64,000 bases of DNA, taken from the IMG/VR virus record IMGVR_UViG_642973577_000001, positions 100,603 to 164,602 of that record; one strand, 5' to 3'. Positions 46,232 through 57,801 of this stretch are shown one piece after another; position 1 is the first letter of the stretch, and each line of letters begins with the position of its first letter. The translations under genes and the position numbers were made by a program. This DNA is from a virus (taxonomy: Duplodnaviria; Caudoviricetes). The notes beneath the pieces are model-generated. The model saw nothing but the letters and a program-made list of their open reading frames with translations. It was not told the origin of the DNA and did no database searches.

Positions 46232-47513
46232 AATCAAGAACATCACCGGGCCTGGTGTCACGACCAAGGTCCGCATGGAGAGCGCCGACCTCGGCATCGT
46301 GCGCTGGGATGAGACGCGCAAGGCCTACGCGGTCATGTTCGGCGACAACTTCTCGGAGTGGCGTCTGCGTGGTGACTGGCAGTCGCCGTCGATCCTGATG
46401 TACGACGAGCAGGCCAACCTGCTGGGCATCCCGTGGGATGACGGCACGATCCTGCCGGAGGGCAACCGCAAGCAGCTGTGGACCTACCCGCACGCCAACC
46501 CGGACTACTCCACGATCCTGCCGTGTGACTTCATCAAGATCCGCGACGAGTGGGTGGTCGCGGCCATGGTGACCCAGGGCCTGGGTAACGAGAAGCGCAC
46601 CGTGTTCTGGCGCGCCGACGACATCGGCGACGAGTGGCAGAAGACCGACCCGTACCTGGTGTTCAACCACCCAGGCCACCCCGGCAACGTCATGCTGACC
46701 TTCGAGCAGCTCGACGACTACGTGTACATCATGGGCACCGGAGGCCTGCGCCGCGATCGTGGCATCTGGCTGTGGCGCTGCCCTGCCAGCACCTTCCCGC
46801 ACGGCGAGTGGCAGCCGTGGGGCTTCAACAGCGTCGGCGGCGGCTGGAACTGGGGCGTGCCCAACGAGCGCACCCCGATCCTGCAGGGCGCGTACGGCGA
46901 GCTGTGTCTGCGCCGCATCCAGGGCAACTGGGTGCTGTCGTTCTTCGACGCTGGCGGCTACCGCCAGACCGCGCTGACGGTCAAGAACATCACCGACAAC
47001 TGGACCACGGCCAACCGCGTCGACTACGCGCACGGCAACAGCTTCCCGCAGCTCTACGGCGGCTACATCTGGCCGAGCAGCAAGCTCAACGAGCGCGACG
47101 GCATGCGCTTCCTGGTCAGCCAGTGGAACACCGGCAACAACGACCCGTACTGGGTGGTCGAGTTCCGCGACACCCTGCAGGCGCAAGGCCCTCTGTCCGA
47201 GGACCCCAAGCCAGCACCCCCGGCACCGAAGCCGGAGCCAGTCCCAGTGGTAACACCACCACCGGCACCACAACCCGAGGAGCCAGAACCCGTGGCAACC
47301 ACCACCGATGAACTGTTCAAGCAGCTCGTGCAGGAGCTGAGCGCATCCGGCGCGGTCGAGATCAAGGACCAGGCCGGGAACAAGCTCACGCTGCGCGAGG
47401 CTGTCGCAGACACCTACGTCACCGCACAGGTGACCCGTCGCATCGTCGCCGAGCTGGCCGAGCGTTTCGGCATCGACGTCGAGGCCATCTACAAGGAGGT
47501 CCGAGGAGCATGA
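46224..47513 (+). CDS. DUF4185 (GH183-like endo-D-arabinanase)
   Basis: DLGI..., MFGDNF, WQSP, GELCLR, QLYGGYI, VSQWN; position in the lysis cassette. Confidence 0.8.
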   Translation: MPRIKNITGPGVTTKVRMESADLGIVRWDETRKAYAVMFGDNFSEWRLRGDWQSPSILMYDEQANLLGIPWDDGTILPEGNRKQLWTYPHANPDYSTILPCDFIKIRDEWVVAAMVTQGLGNEKRTVFWRADDIGDEWQKTDPYLVFNHPGHPGNVMLTFEQLDDYVYIMGTGGLRRDRGIWLWRCPASTFPHGEWQPWGFNSVGGGWNWGVPNERTPILQGAYGELCLRRIQGNWVLSFFDAGGYRQTALTVKNITDNWTTANRVDYAHGNSFPQLYGGYIWPSSKLNERDGMRFLVSQWNTGNNDPYWVVEFRDTLQAQGPLSEDPKPAPPAPKPEPVPVVTPPPAPQPEEPEPVATTTDELFKQLVQELSASGAVEIKDQAGNKLTLREAVADTYVTAQVTRRIVAELAERFGIDVEAIYKEVRGA

Positions 47514-48166
47514 GTCTTCCATGGGAGCGTGGCCTGCGTCCGCCGCCAGCGCCTGAGACAGATCCCGAGCCAGCGGTGCAGTATCAGGATGAGAGCGTGA
47601 GTGCTCGCCTGGACGTCGAGGTGCCGAGCCAGGCACCGGCTGACGCCACCTACCTGCCCAGCGGCGTGTGGATCAGCAAGGAGGACCTCGGTGCTCTGCG
47701 CGACCACCTGTTGGCCGAGGGCAAGGAGTACGGCGTGGACGTGCTCAAGGGCACGCTGAGCGGCCAGGAGATCGACCACGCTCGTCCGACGGTCACCGTC
47801 ACCACGAACCAGGGCAAGGAGATCCGCATCGCCGACGCGAAGAACCGCAGCTTCCGCACGCTGCTGCAGGGCTTCGCGCTCGACGTCGTGTTCGCTCTGG
47901 TGACGCTGTTCGCCACCTTGAGCGGCAACGAGTTCTTCTCCAAGGCGGGCCTGGCCGCGCTGGGCATCCTCGTGGCCAAGACGGTCCTGCAGACGGCCAT
48001 CAGCTACCTGACCCGGATCAACATCGAGCCGACGATCAAGACGCCGGAGGGCAAGGCCGCACTCGTGCCGGTCAACACCGTGAAGCCGTTCGTGCTCAAC
48101 GACGGCGAGCGCGTCACCCGTGTGTCCATCGCCGCCGATCCGCTGGATACCACCAAGGTCGCCTGA
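47510..48166 (+). CDS. probable holin
   Basis: RSFRTLLQG followed by two TM helices; downstream of lysins. Confidence 0.7.
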   Translation: MSLPWERGLRPPPAPETDPEPAVQYQDESVSARLDVEVPSQAPADATYLPSGVWISKEDLGALRDHLLAEGKEYGVDVLKGTLSGQEIDHARPTVTVTTNQGKEIRIADAKNRSFRTLLQGFALDVVFALVTLFATLSGNEFFSKAGLAALGILVAKTVLQTAISYLTRINIEPTIKTPEGKAALVPVNTVKPFVLNDGERVTRVSIAADPLDTTKVA

Positions 48167-50457
48167 TGGCGCGCAACGTCACCCCGTCAGGAGACGGGGA
48201 GTACTTTGACCCCATCGCGCAGTTCCAGAACGCGATGCGGGCCGGTCCTCCCTGGGAGTCGATCGTCGACTTTGCTACACACCGCAGCTTCTGCGGTATG
48301 CAGCTGTATCCGCGCCAGCTGACGTTGCTCAAGCTCATCTACCTGGAAACGGAGATGTTCACCCAGTACGACTGGGACACCATCGGCTCATGGGCCGACG
48401 GCTTCAAGGACCGCACACGCCCGATGGGTGTGCAGCCCGACATCTTCGACCGCATCCAGTACCTCAAGAACAACGGCTACCACCACTTCCCGCACGTCCA
48501 GACGGTCATGGGCCGTCGTGCGTCCAAGGGCATCATCGGCGGCGTCACGGGTGCTGAGCGGCTGGCCTACTTCTACTCTCTCGACGACTGGCAGCGGCAC
48601 TTCGGCATCGTGCCCAACGCCGTGGGTGAGTTGACGGTCATCGCGACCACCCAGGCCCAGGCCGCTGATCGTCAGTTCGGCGACATCCGGCGCACGGTGG
48701 AGGGCTGTGCCTACCTGGCACCGCACATCGTGGCCAACCGCGTCACCGACTTCTACATCCGCACGCCGTCCGACGAGCGGCACATCGACGAGATGCGGCT
48801 CAAGGGCATCAGCCTGGACCGCGAGTTCGCCTCGCTGCACGCCAGCGCCGCAGCAACCTCGTCGACCAGCAAGCGTGGTGGTAACGGCTTCGCCAACTAC
48901 TACGACGAGTTCGCCCACCAGATCATGGGCACCGGCTCCACCAAGTCGGGCGACGAGGTGTACGCCGCCCAGCAACCGTCGCTCGACCAGTTCGGCATCC
49001 AGAAGTTCACCTACATCCCGTCGTCGCCGTTCACCAAGGTCGGTCGGTTCTACCAGCTCTACCAAGAGGGCTGCGTGACCATGGAGGAGTACAACCAGCG
49101 CGAGGGCAAGTTCGAGCGCCGCACGTACACCGAGAAGCACATGGGCATGGACATGGACGAGGTGGAGGAGGAGCTGGAGGTCGCCGTCGCCGACCCCGAA
49201 ATGCTCGTCGTTCAGCTGCCGTCGTGGGAGACCTACCGCGACTGGGATTCGGCCCACACCATCCCGATGCGCCCCGGCAAGAAGCGCACCTTCCCGCGCT
49301 GGAAGCGCCCTGTGCAGTGGGACCCTGAGGGCGATGGTCCCGAGGCCAAGTCCATGCAGCGCATGCGACACAAGAACCCCGAGAAGTTCAAGGTCGAGCG
49401 CGGCGCGCAGTTCGCCAGCGTCGAGGACGCCTACCTCAACGAGGTCATGGTCGACAAGATGTTCGACAAGCCGTGGTGGCGCGACGAGGTGGTGCCGATC
49501 GAGAAGGGCAAGTTCTCGATCGTCTATCGCGCTCACGGTGACCCCTCGCGCACCAACGCCAACTTCGGCTGGGCCATCGGCCACATGGAGGACGCGCCGT
49601 GCGACGGCTGCGGCTGGGACCCCAACAACATGCCTCCGGGCACGCCGCCGCAGATGAAGTACTCGCACAACTGCAAGATGGGTGGCCGGGTGCTGCCCCA
49701 CGTCATCTTCGACAAGCTGCACGTGTGGAAGGCCGAGAACTTCCCCGAGCACACGATCAACTACGTGACCGTGGGCCGCGACATCGACCAGTTCCTGCGC
49801 AAGTTCCCGTCGATCGACAAGCTGACCTACGACCAGTACGCCGCCTTCGGCCTGGTCGACCAGCAGCGGCTGGACCACCCGCAGATGCACATCTTCGAGA
49901 AGACGTTCACCGTCCAGGAGAACCAGCGCCGGTTCGAGCGGTTCAAGGCCGCGATCAACCTGGGCCTGGTGCACGCCTACCGCGACGACTTCTTCGACGA
50001 CGGCATGAGCCTGCTGGAGCAGGAACTCAAGTTCCTCCAGGAGAAGAACGGCAAGGTCGACAAGCAGGAGATCGGACCCGTCACCACCAAGGACCTCGCC
50101 GACTGCGTGATGGTGGTCGCCGTGGACCTGCTGGAGGACCACCTGGAGCGTTGGTACAAGGGCCGCACGCGGGCCGCGTTCGGCTCCACGCACGCCGCTG
50201 GCCTCAAGAGTGGCCGCGAGCAGGAGCGCATGGCCCTGGCCGGTGTGGGTGGCCGCGATGCCCCCAAGGACGCCCGTGCGGTGCGCGCCCGGTCGAACCG
50301 CCACAACCTGGAGCGGTTCAACGCCGATCGCCAGGACCGGCGCGAGCGTGGGTTCGGCTCCATGATCCGAGATCCGTTCGCTCCGACGTCTGCTCGACGC
50401 TCCGAACGCAACAGGCGCGGGGACTACACCCCCTCTAGAGCCAGGGGAAGGTTCTAG
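48166..50457 (+). CDS. terminase large subunit
   Basis: LYPRQ, MGRRASKG, YYDEFAH, HGDPS nuclease motif, KDLADC. Confidence 0.88.
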   Translation: MARNVTPSGDGEYFDPIAQFQNAMRAGPPWESIVDFATHRSFCGMQLYPRQLTLLKLIYLETEMFTQYDWDTIGSWADGFKDRTRPMGVQPDIFDRIQYLKNNGYHHFPHVQTVMGRRASKGIIGGVTGAERLAYFYSLDDWQRHFGIVPNAVGELTVIATTQAQAADRQFGDIRRTVEGCAYLAPHIVANRVTDFYIRTPSDERHIDEMRLKGISLDREFASLHASAAATSSTSKRGGNGFANYYDEFAHQIMGTGSTKSGDEVYAAQQPSLDQFGIQKFTYIPSSPFTKVGRFYQLYQEGCVTMEEYNQREGKFERRTYTEKHMGMDMDEVEEELEVAVADPEMLVVQLPSWETYRDWDSAHTIPMRPGKKRTFPRWKRPVQWDPEGDGPEAKSMQRMRHKNPEKFKVERGAQFASVEDAYLNEVMVDKMFDKPWWRDEVVPIEKGKFSIVYRAHGDPSRTNANFGWAIGHMEDAPCDGCGWDPNNMPPGTPPQMKYSHNCKMGGRVLPHVIFDKLHVWKAENFPEHTINYVTVGRDIDQFLRKFPSIDKLTYDQYAAFGLVDQQRLDHPQMHIFEKTFTVQENQRRFERFKAAINLGLVHAYRDDFFDDGMSLLEQELKFLQEKNGKVDKQEIGPVTTKDLADCVMVVAVDLLEDHLERWYKGRTRAAFGSTHAAGLKSGREQERMALAGVGGRDAPKDARAVRARSNRHNLERFNADRQDRRERGFGSMIRDPFAPTSARRSERNRRGDYTPSRARGRF

Positions 50458-50535
50458 CTCGCTGAGACTGGGTGTGCTATAGTCGTTATAATCATGTCAA
50501 GTGACATGGGGTCCGCCCAAGTAGAAAGCGACTAG

Positions 50536-50772
50536 ATGCCCGGTAAGCATGCGTCTGCCCTCGATGCCGAGTCCATGACCGTGACGATGGACGGCGATCC
50601 CCTCGAACCCACCCAGATCGAGAAGGCTCGTCGCACCGTCGCCGCCAACGTGGACAACGCCGAGGAGGCGATCGAGCTGATGATGATGCTCGGTATCCAT
50701 CCGAGCCAGGAAACGAGTGTGCACCCGCTCCTGGCACCGAACAACCTGCCGAATCCGCAGAACCGCAGCTGA
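50536..50772 (+). CDS. hypothetical protein
   Basis: ORF downstream of a TATAGT/TATAAT promoter region. Confidence 0.65.
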   Translation: MPGKHASALDAESMTVTMDGDPLEPTQIEKARRTVAANVDNAEEAIELMMMLGIHPSQETSVHPLLAPNNLPNPQNRS

Positions 50773-50802
50773 CGGCAACCCACCCACGAAAGGAAGTCGC
50801 CC

Positions 50803-51492
50803 ATGGCGATCGTAGAGTTCGACGACGGTAGCAAGCTGGACCTGACCGAGGAGGAGTTCCTGCTCTACCTCAAGGCCACCGGCAAGTACGTCGAGCCGAA
50901 GTCTCAGGCCGAGAAGGTGGCCGAGGCAATGGCGAAGCTCCGCAACGGCGAGGGGGTGCAGCCTGGCGACAACAGCATCGTCCAGGCCAAGCAGCCCGAG
51001 CCGGTGCAAGAGACCCCTGCCCCCAAGCGTCTCGACGCTGAACGGGCAGCGCAGGCTGCGGCACTGGCGCAGGCCGAGCAGAAGAAGGCCACCCCGGCGG
51101 CACCCAAGCCGTCGGGCGTCCCGACTCCCGCTCAGATGCCTCGTCGGATCGGCAGCTCGCCTGCCACCGACCTGGACCGCCCCAAGACGGTTCTGCGCAT
51201 CCCGGTGACCGAGAAGGAGTACAACATCGTCCGCGTGCTCAAGGAGTACCACCGGATGGGCAAGGTCGTCGGCGGCAAGGGCATCACCACCAAGCAGGTC
51301 GCCCAGGTGCTCGACATCTCCGAGATGTCGGTGTCCGGGTTCCTGTCGGGCCTGTTCCAGAATCAGCGTGGTGTCATCAAGAGCATCCGCAACACGTGGG
51401 TGCTCGCCCCCTGGGCACTGCGCGCCGACTGGGACGTCATGGCCTACCCCAACAACCACTGGCCACCCAAGGAAGGCATCCCCACATCATGA
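50803..51492 (+). CDS. winged-HTH DNA-binding protein
   Basis: ITTKQVAQVLDISEMSVSGFLSGL; AAGGA SD. Confidence 0.75.
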   Translation: MAIVEFDDGSKLDLTEEEFLLYLKATGKYVEPKSQAEKVAEAMAKLRNGEGVQPGDNSIVQAKQPEPVQETPAPKRLDAERAAQAAALAQAEQKKATPAAPKPSGVPTPAQMPRRIGSSPATDLDRPKTVLRIPVTEKEYNIVRVLKEYHRMGKVVGGKGITTKQVAQVLDISEMSVSGFLSGLFQNQRGVIKSIRNTWVLAPWALRADWDVMAYPNNHWPPKEGIPTS

Positions 51493-51815
51493 CCAAGAAG
51501 ATTGGCCCAGAGCAGCACGAACACCTCAAGGCCCTGGGCACAGCGAAGAACAAGCTCCAGCGCGTGCGCGAGCGCGAAGAGGAGGCCATGCGCGACGTCC
51601 ACAACATGATCCGCGAGGGCTTCCGCATGGACATCAGCGGCATCAAGCTGGCCAAGGCCTCCGGCCTCAGCCTGCCGCGTGTCTACCAGGTGCGTGACGA
51701 GATGAACCGCGAGGACCGCGAGGCAGCCGAGCGTCTCGATCGCAACCCGGAGACCAAGGAGGCGCTGGTCGCCGCCGAGGCCAACATCGACAATGCCGTG
51801 GAGGTCCAGGTCTGA
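51489..51815 (+). CDS. HTH DNA-binding protein
   Basis: ISGIKLAKASGLSLPRVYQVR. Confidence 0.75.
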   Translation: MTKKIGPEQHEHLKALGTAKNKLQRVREREEEAMRDVHNMIREGFRMDISGIKLAKASGLSLPRVYQVRDEMNREDREAAERLDRNPETKEALVAAEANIDNAVEVQV

Positions 51816-52279
51816 TGTTGGCTCGCCCTCTGCCCGCCCACACCGAGAAGGACATGTTGCGGTTCTGGTTGAAGGTTGACTTCGCCGGTCCCACCGCTGA
51901 CCACATGGATTCTCGGTGCTGGGTGTGGAAGGAGGGTTGCAACAGCAAGGGGTATGGCCTGTTCTGGCTATCTCCCCGCAAGGTTCTCGCGCATCGTCTC
52001 GCCTATTCGGTGGCGAATGGCGAGCCGTCGCCTGAGCAGCAGGTGGATCACCGATGCTTCAATCCTCAGTGCGTCAGGCCCGCGCACATGAGGGTGGCGA
52101 CAAACCAGCAGAACAGTCAGAATCGCAAGGCACCGGGCAAAGGTGTGTCTTGGGACAAGAAGACCGGCAAGTGGCGCGCTCAGAATCACGTGCATGGTCG
52201 CACGATCTACCTCGGCGAATATGTCGACCGAGCCGAAGCTGAACGGGTGGCTAGTGCTGCCCGCAACGAAAGGGGATGA
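51815..52279 (+). CDS. HNH endonuclease with AP2-like C-terminus
   Basis: CWVW..GYG..AHR..VDHRCFNPQCVRPAH..N; GVSWDK..KWRA..YLG. Confidence 0.92.
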   Translation: MLARPLPAHTEKDMLRFWLKVDFAGPTADHMDSRCWVWKEGCNSKGYGLFWLSPRKVLAHRLAYSVANGEPSPEQQVDHRCFNPQCVRPAHMRVATNQQNSQNRKAPGKGVSWDKKTGKWRAQNHVHGRTIYLGEYVDRAEAERVASAARNERG

Positions 52280-52283
52280 AGTC

Positions 52284-52961
52284 ATCTTCGAGAGATTCAC
52301 CGACCGCGCCCGTCGCGTCTGCGTCCTCGCCCAAGAGGAAGCGCGCATGCTCAACCATGCGTACATCGGCACCGAGCATCTGCTGCTCGGGCTGGTCCAC
52401 GAGGGCGAGGGCGTAGCCGCCAAGGCGCTGCAGGCGCTCGACATCAACCTGGAGGAGGTGCGTGCCGAGGTCGAGGAGATCATCGGCCACGGCCAGCAGG
52501 CACCCACCGGGCACATCCCGTTCACCGACCGCTCCAAGCGCGTCCTGGAGCTGTCGCTGCGCGAGGCGCTGCAGCTCGGCCACAACTACATCGGCACCGA
52601 GCATCTCCTGCTGGCCCTGATCCGCGAGGGTGAGGGCGTGGGCTGCCAGGTGCTGGTGAAGCGCGGCGCGGAGCTGACCAAGGTCCGCCAGGTGGTCATC
52701 CAGCTGCTGTCCGGGTATGACCCCGAGCTGGCGAAGAAGCGCAACCGGGAGGAGGAGCAGACCACCATCCAGGGTCAGCTCAACGACACCGAGCGTGTCG
52801 TCGAGAAGGTCACCGGCAAGATCGAGAAGCTCTCGACCACCAACACCGAGGCGATCATCGGCAACGTGTACGTGGTGACCAAGATCCTCAACGACCACGG
52901 CATCGAGCCGCCGGTCGACCTCGTAGCAGCACTCATCGAATGGAAGGGAATCGCAGTATGA
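52284..52961 (+). CDS. stand-alone ClpC1 N-terminal domain protein
   Basis: FERFTDRARR..LAQEEARMLNH.YIGTEH..LSLREALQLGHNYIGTEH; no AAA domain; start codon uncertain (ATC at 52284 or an upstream GTG). Confidence 0.88.
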   Translation: MFERFTDRARRVCVLAQEEARMLNHAYIGTEHLLLGLVHEGEGVAAKALQALDINLEEVRAEVEEIIGHGQQAPTGHIPFTDRSKRVLELSLREALQLGHNYIGTEHLLLALIREGEGVGCQVLVKRGAELTKVRQVVIQLLSGYDPELAKKRNREEEQTTIQGQLNDTERVVEKVTGKIEKLSTTNTEAIIGNVYVVTKILNDHGIEPPVDLVAALIEWKGIAV

Positions 52962-53206
52962 CGGCCAAGAGCGCGAGTCAGATCATCCCCGGCAAGCTGG
53001 TGGACTTCATCCAGCGCGAGGGAGGTGCCCTGGCGGTCAGCTACAACCCCGACCTGACCACCGACGACAAGTGGACGGCGGCGCTGCACTTCGGCAAGGA
53101 GGCCGAGGACAGCGACATGGTGGGCGGTGCCGCGTACGGCATCGGTCCCACGTTCTACGACGCCTTCGGCGGCATGATGCGGGAACTCGGCGAGCTGCCC
53201 TCGTGA
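52958..53206 (+). CDS. hypothetical protein
   Basis: ATGA overlap. Confidence 0.7.
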   Translation: MTAKSASQIIPGKLVDFIQREGGALAVSYNPDLTTDDKWTAALHFGKEAEDSDMVGGAAYGIGPTFYDAFGGMMRELGELPS

Positions 53207-53207
53207 G

Positions 53208-53711
53208 ATGCTGCCCAAGAACCAGCGGGGGGTCAAGAAGCCACTGACGACGCCCAAGCGTCAGTCGACCAAGCTGCACCCGCAGAAGACGAACGCCCGG
53301 TGTCGTCGCACCGGCAAGGTGAAGTGGTACACCGAGCTGGACGCTCTGATGGCCATCTGCAACACGAGCAATAAGCAGGGGTCCAACACCGTCCGCGACA
53401 GCACCACCAAGAAGGAAGTCCGCGCCTACCAGTGCCCGCACTGCGAGTACTGGCACACCACCCACATGAAGGAGTACGTGCCCCGTGACGAACCCAAGCC
53501 CGAACCCCCAAAGCGGGACCTCTCCGCCCTCCAGCGAGTCGTCGCCGCCACCCGAGGAGAACCCGTCCCCGAAGAGCCAGAACCCGTCCCCGAAGAGCCA
53601 GAACCCGTTCCTGCAGAGACGCCTAGCCCCTACGGTGCCCTCAGCACCAACGAAATCCGACGGCGCATCGAGGCCCTTTCGAGTGGTGACCCACAAGAAC
53701 TGGATAGCTGA
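53208..53711 (+). CDS. zinc-finger protein
   Basis: C..TGK..RAYQCPHCEYWHTT. Confidence 0.75.
   Translation: MLPKNQRGVKKPLTTPKRQSTKLHPQKTNARCRRTGKVKWYTELDALMAICNTSNKQGSNTVRDSTTKKEVRAYQCPHCEYWHTTHMKEYVPRDEPKPEPPKRDLSALQRVVAATRGEPVPEEPEPVPEEPEPVPAETPSPYGALSTNEIRRRIEALSSGDPQELDS
53559..53608 (+). repeat. 21-bp in-frame tandem repeat (about 2.4 copies)
   Basis: GAACCCGTCCCCGAAGAGCCA twice plus a partial copy, encoding EPVPEEP. Confidence 0.9.
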
Positions 53712-54523
53712 GCAGTTCAAGCCCATGGGCGCGGTGCAGGACTTCGGCTTCGACATCAACCCCGACACCGCCTGGGACACCATCTGGTGGGCACCGGGCG
53801 CGTGGGTGGCCAGCGCGTTCAAGGCTGGCGTGCGGCTGCCGCTGACGTCGTGTGGGCCGCGCTGGCTCGATCACCTGCCTCGGTACTACACCGGACGCAC
53901 GGTGTCGACGATGACAGTGCGCGAGTCGATCGAGTGGTTCGAGAAGCTGTTCGGCGGCACCAGCGAGTCGATCGACTTCTTCGTGAAGCTGCCCGAGGCC
54001 AAGCTGGACAACTTCCCGGCGCGCAAGCACACCATCAACCGGCACTGGGCCACCACCATCGGCCAGTACCACCTTCCCGACGACGCGCTGATTCAGCTGC
54101 AGGGCCTGATGGACTTCACCACCGAGTGGCGGTTCTGGATCGCTGAGGGGCGCATCAAGGCCCACAGCCTGTACCGGGCGCACAAGCTGGGCATGGAGAT
54201 GGTCTGGGGGTCTGAGGGCTTCCCTGGAGGCCTGGACGGCGACCTGGCGTTCAACGACGAGCTGAACATGTGCGCCGACCTGGTGGAGCAGATGCTCGAC
54301 GACCCCGACGTCACCTACCCGCAGGGCTTCGTGCTCGACGTCGGCACCATCGGCGACGGCGCAGGTGCGTTCGTGGTCGAGGCCAACGCCGCCTGGTCAT
54401 CTGGCCCGTACGACGCCGAGGTGCGTGGCGTCTATGAGACCATCGTCGCCAGCCACGACTGGGCCAACGAGTCCCTCTTCCACTGGTATCCCCACGCCAC
54501 ACTCCACAAGGCAGGAGCACTAC

Positions 54524-54540
<17 letters not shown>
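53683..54540 (+). CDS. ATP-grasp protein (DUF4343/R2K-like)
   Basis: FVKL...K, EWRFWI, FVLDVG, VVEANAAWSSG.Y. Confidence 0.8.
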
Positions 54541-56270
<1,730 letters not shown>

Positions 56271-56271
<1 letters not shown>

Positions 56272-56561
56272 TGGCTCGCCGTGACGCAGTGCCTGACGAG
56301 ATCTTCCAGGTGGTCGAGCTGGTCAATGGCAAGCCTCAGGGCGAGGTCGTGGCGGCTCCTGACTTCGATCGTGGCCTGCGCAAGCCGATCGACTACAACA
56401 CCAAGGTGCGGCTGTACGTCCACGGGCCGACCGCCCTGGCGTACAAGAACCGGCTGGAGAAGGAGGGTCGCAAGGTCCGCATCCGCCGGTTCGTCTTCGC
56501 CGAGGACTTCTACGAGACTGATGTGGTTCGGCTTGACCAGAAACCTGTAGAGGAGTTATAG
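56271..56561 (+). CDS. hypothetical protein
   Basis: TGATG coupling. Confidence 0.75.
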
Positions 56562-56569
56562 TAACTTTT

Positions 56570-57109
56570 ATGAAAATGAGTGCCCGCCGCCAAGCAGTCT
56601 TGGTCGACATGGACGGCACATTGGCCAATGTCAGCACCATCCGACACTTCGTCGATGCGCTGCGCGTGGACAAGGACGGCAAGAAGGTCAAGAAGGACTT
56701 CCACGCCTTCCACGAGGCGAGCGAGTTCGTGCCCGCCAACCGTCAAGCCATCGACTTCTGTCGTCGTCACCACAAGGCTGGGCACGCGATCGTCATCGTG
56801 ACCGCCCGCATGGAGGAGTGGAGGCCGCACACCCGCCGCTTCATCGACCGCGAGTTGGTCGACGCCTACGGCGTGCCGGTGGCAGACCAGTACCATCGCG
56901 CCGACGGCGACTACCGCAAGGACTACGAGGTCAAGAAGGAGATCTTGGCCAAGGTCCGCGAGAAGTACGACGTCATCGGCGCGATCGACGACAACCCCAA
57001 CATCATCAAGTTGTGGGAAGAAGAGGCCATCCCCGAGATCGAGGTCGTTCCGGGGTGGGACCACGACGCTGCTGCAAAGTACGCGGCTGTGGCCAATCGA
57101 GTGCAGTAA
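56570..57109 (+). CDS. HAD phosphatase (polynucleotide kinase 3'-phosphatase-like)
   Basis: DMDGTL, VTAR, R..GDYRKD..VK, IDDNP. Confidence 0.88.
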   Translation: MKMSARRQAVLVDMDGTLANVSTIRHFVDALRVDKDGKKVKKDFHAFHEASEFVPANRQAIDFCRRHHKAGHAIVIVTARMEEWRPHTRRFIDRELVDAYGVPVADQYHRADGDYRKDYEVKKEILAKVREKYDVIGAIDDNPNIIKLWEEEAIPEIEVVPGWDHDAAAKYAAVANRVQ

Positions 57110-57133
57110 CCCATCCACACACCAGGAGGAAGC

Positions 57134-57247
57134 GTGAACAAGAAGATCGCCATGGTGGTGCTGGCCCTCGGGCTGGGCATCACCGGGGTCGCGGGCGTGG
57201 CGTGCGCCGCCCCGCAGCCCAACGGCTGCTACGAGGACGACGACTAG
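57134..57247 (+). CDS. small secreted/membrane peptide (37 aa)
   Basis: AGGAGG SD; MNKKIAMVVLALGLGITGVAGVACAAPQPNGCYEDDD. Confidence 0.7.
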   Translation: MNKKIAMVVLALGLGITGVAGVACAAPQPNGCYEDDD

Positions 57248-57711
57248 TGGGCTGGTGGGCCGACCGTAAGCGTCGGCGCGCAGCCTCCACGCTGCCCCCA
57301 CGGGCATCGTCGAGCTATGCCCCCGCGTCGGCTCCGGTGCCCACCGTGGTCCCGGACCCGGTGACCGCCGGTCTGATCTACGGGTCGGGCGTCTACGGCG
57401 GGTCGCACTCGCACAGCGACAGCGGGCTGGCCGATCGTGACAACGACGGCAAGGTCGATCTGCCAGCGGCCACGGGCGGCGACGAGTACTCGTCGCGTGG
57501 TTCGGACTCGTCGGACTACTCCACCAAGGGGTACGACGGCGGCTCCTACTCCACGCAGGGGTCCTCGGAGTCCTCGGACTACGGTTCGAGCGGCTACTCC
57601 AGCAGCTACGACTCCGGCAGCTCGTCGAGCAGCAGCTACGACAGTGGCTCGTCGTCGTCGTACGACAGCGGTTCGTCGTCGTTCTCCGACGGCGGCAGCA
57701 GCTCGTTCTGA
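57247..57711 (+). CDS. Ser/Gly/Asp-rich low-complexity protein
   Basis: TAGTG coupling; SSYDSG repeats. Confidence 0.7.
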   Translation: MGWWADRKRRRAASTLPPRASSSYAPASAPVPTVVPDPVTAGLIYGSGVYGGSHSHSDSGLADRDNDGKVDLPAATGGDEYSSRGSDSSDYSTKGYDGGSYSTQGSSESSDYGSSGYSSSYDSGSSSSSSYDSGSSSSYDSGSSSFSDGGSSSF

Positions 57712-57718
57712 CCTGATG

Positions 57719-57773
57719 CGCGGGGCGGGTCCCAGGGGTTCGGACCTGTAACCACCTCCTGCCCCGCCCCGCG
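57719..57773 (+). other. GC-rich hairpin upstream of the K+ channel gene
   Basis: CGCGGGGCGGG/CCCGCCCCGCG 11-bp stem with further internal pairing; no U-tract. Confidence 0.55.
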
Positions 57774-57801
57774 TGTCACCACCCACCCACAGGAAGATTC
57801 C

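Noticed and set aside
47668-48165. ORF-track N-terminal extension of the terminase (likewise 43472, 46086, 35079, 36172, 55177, 58883)
   Set aside because: These extensions overlap upstream genes out of frame; true starts are at coupled stop/start junctions or SD-preceded codons downstream
48166-50457. Intein or intron in the long terminase (also considered for DnaE, DnaB and RecA)
   Set aside because: No C/S...HN-C/S/T splice motifs or LAGLIDADG blocks seen; the extra length is a Cys-containing insertion and an Arg-rich tail
50494-50535. 13-codon ORF MSSDMGSAQVESD as a second leader peptide
   Set aside because: Spacing to either -10 candidate is atypical, there is no codon enrichment, and no overlapping hairpin is evident
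53559-53608. 21-bp tandem repeat as a regulatory iteron
   Set aside because: In-frame duplication in a Pro/Glu linker with only about 2.4 copies
57540-57711. Repetitive DNA resembling an array
   Set aside because: Degenerate codons of a Ser-rich protein; no constant repeat with unique spacers
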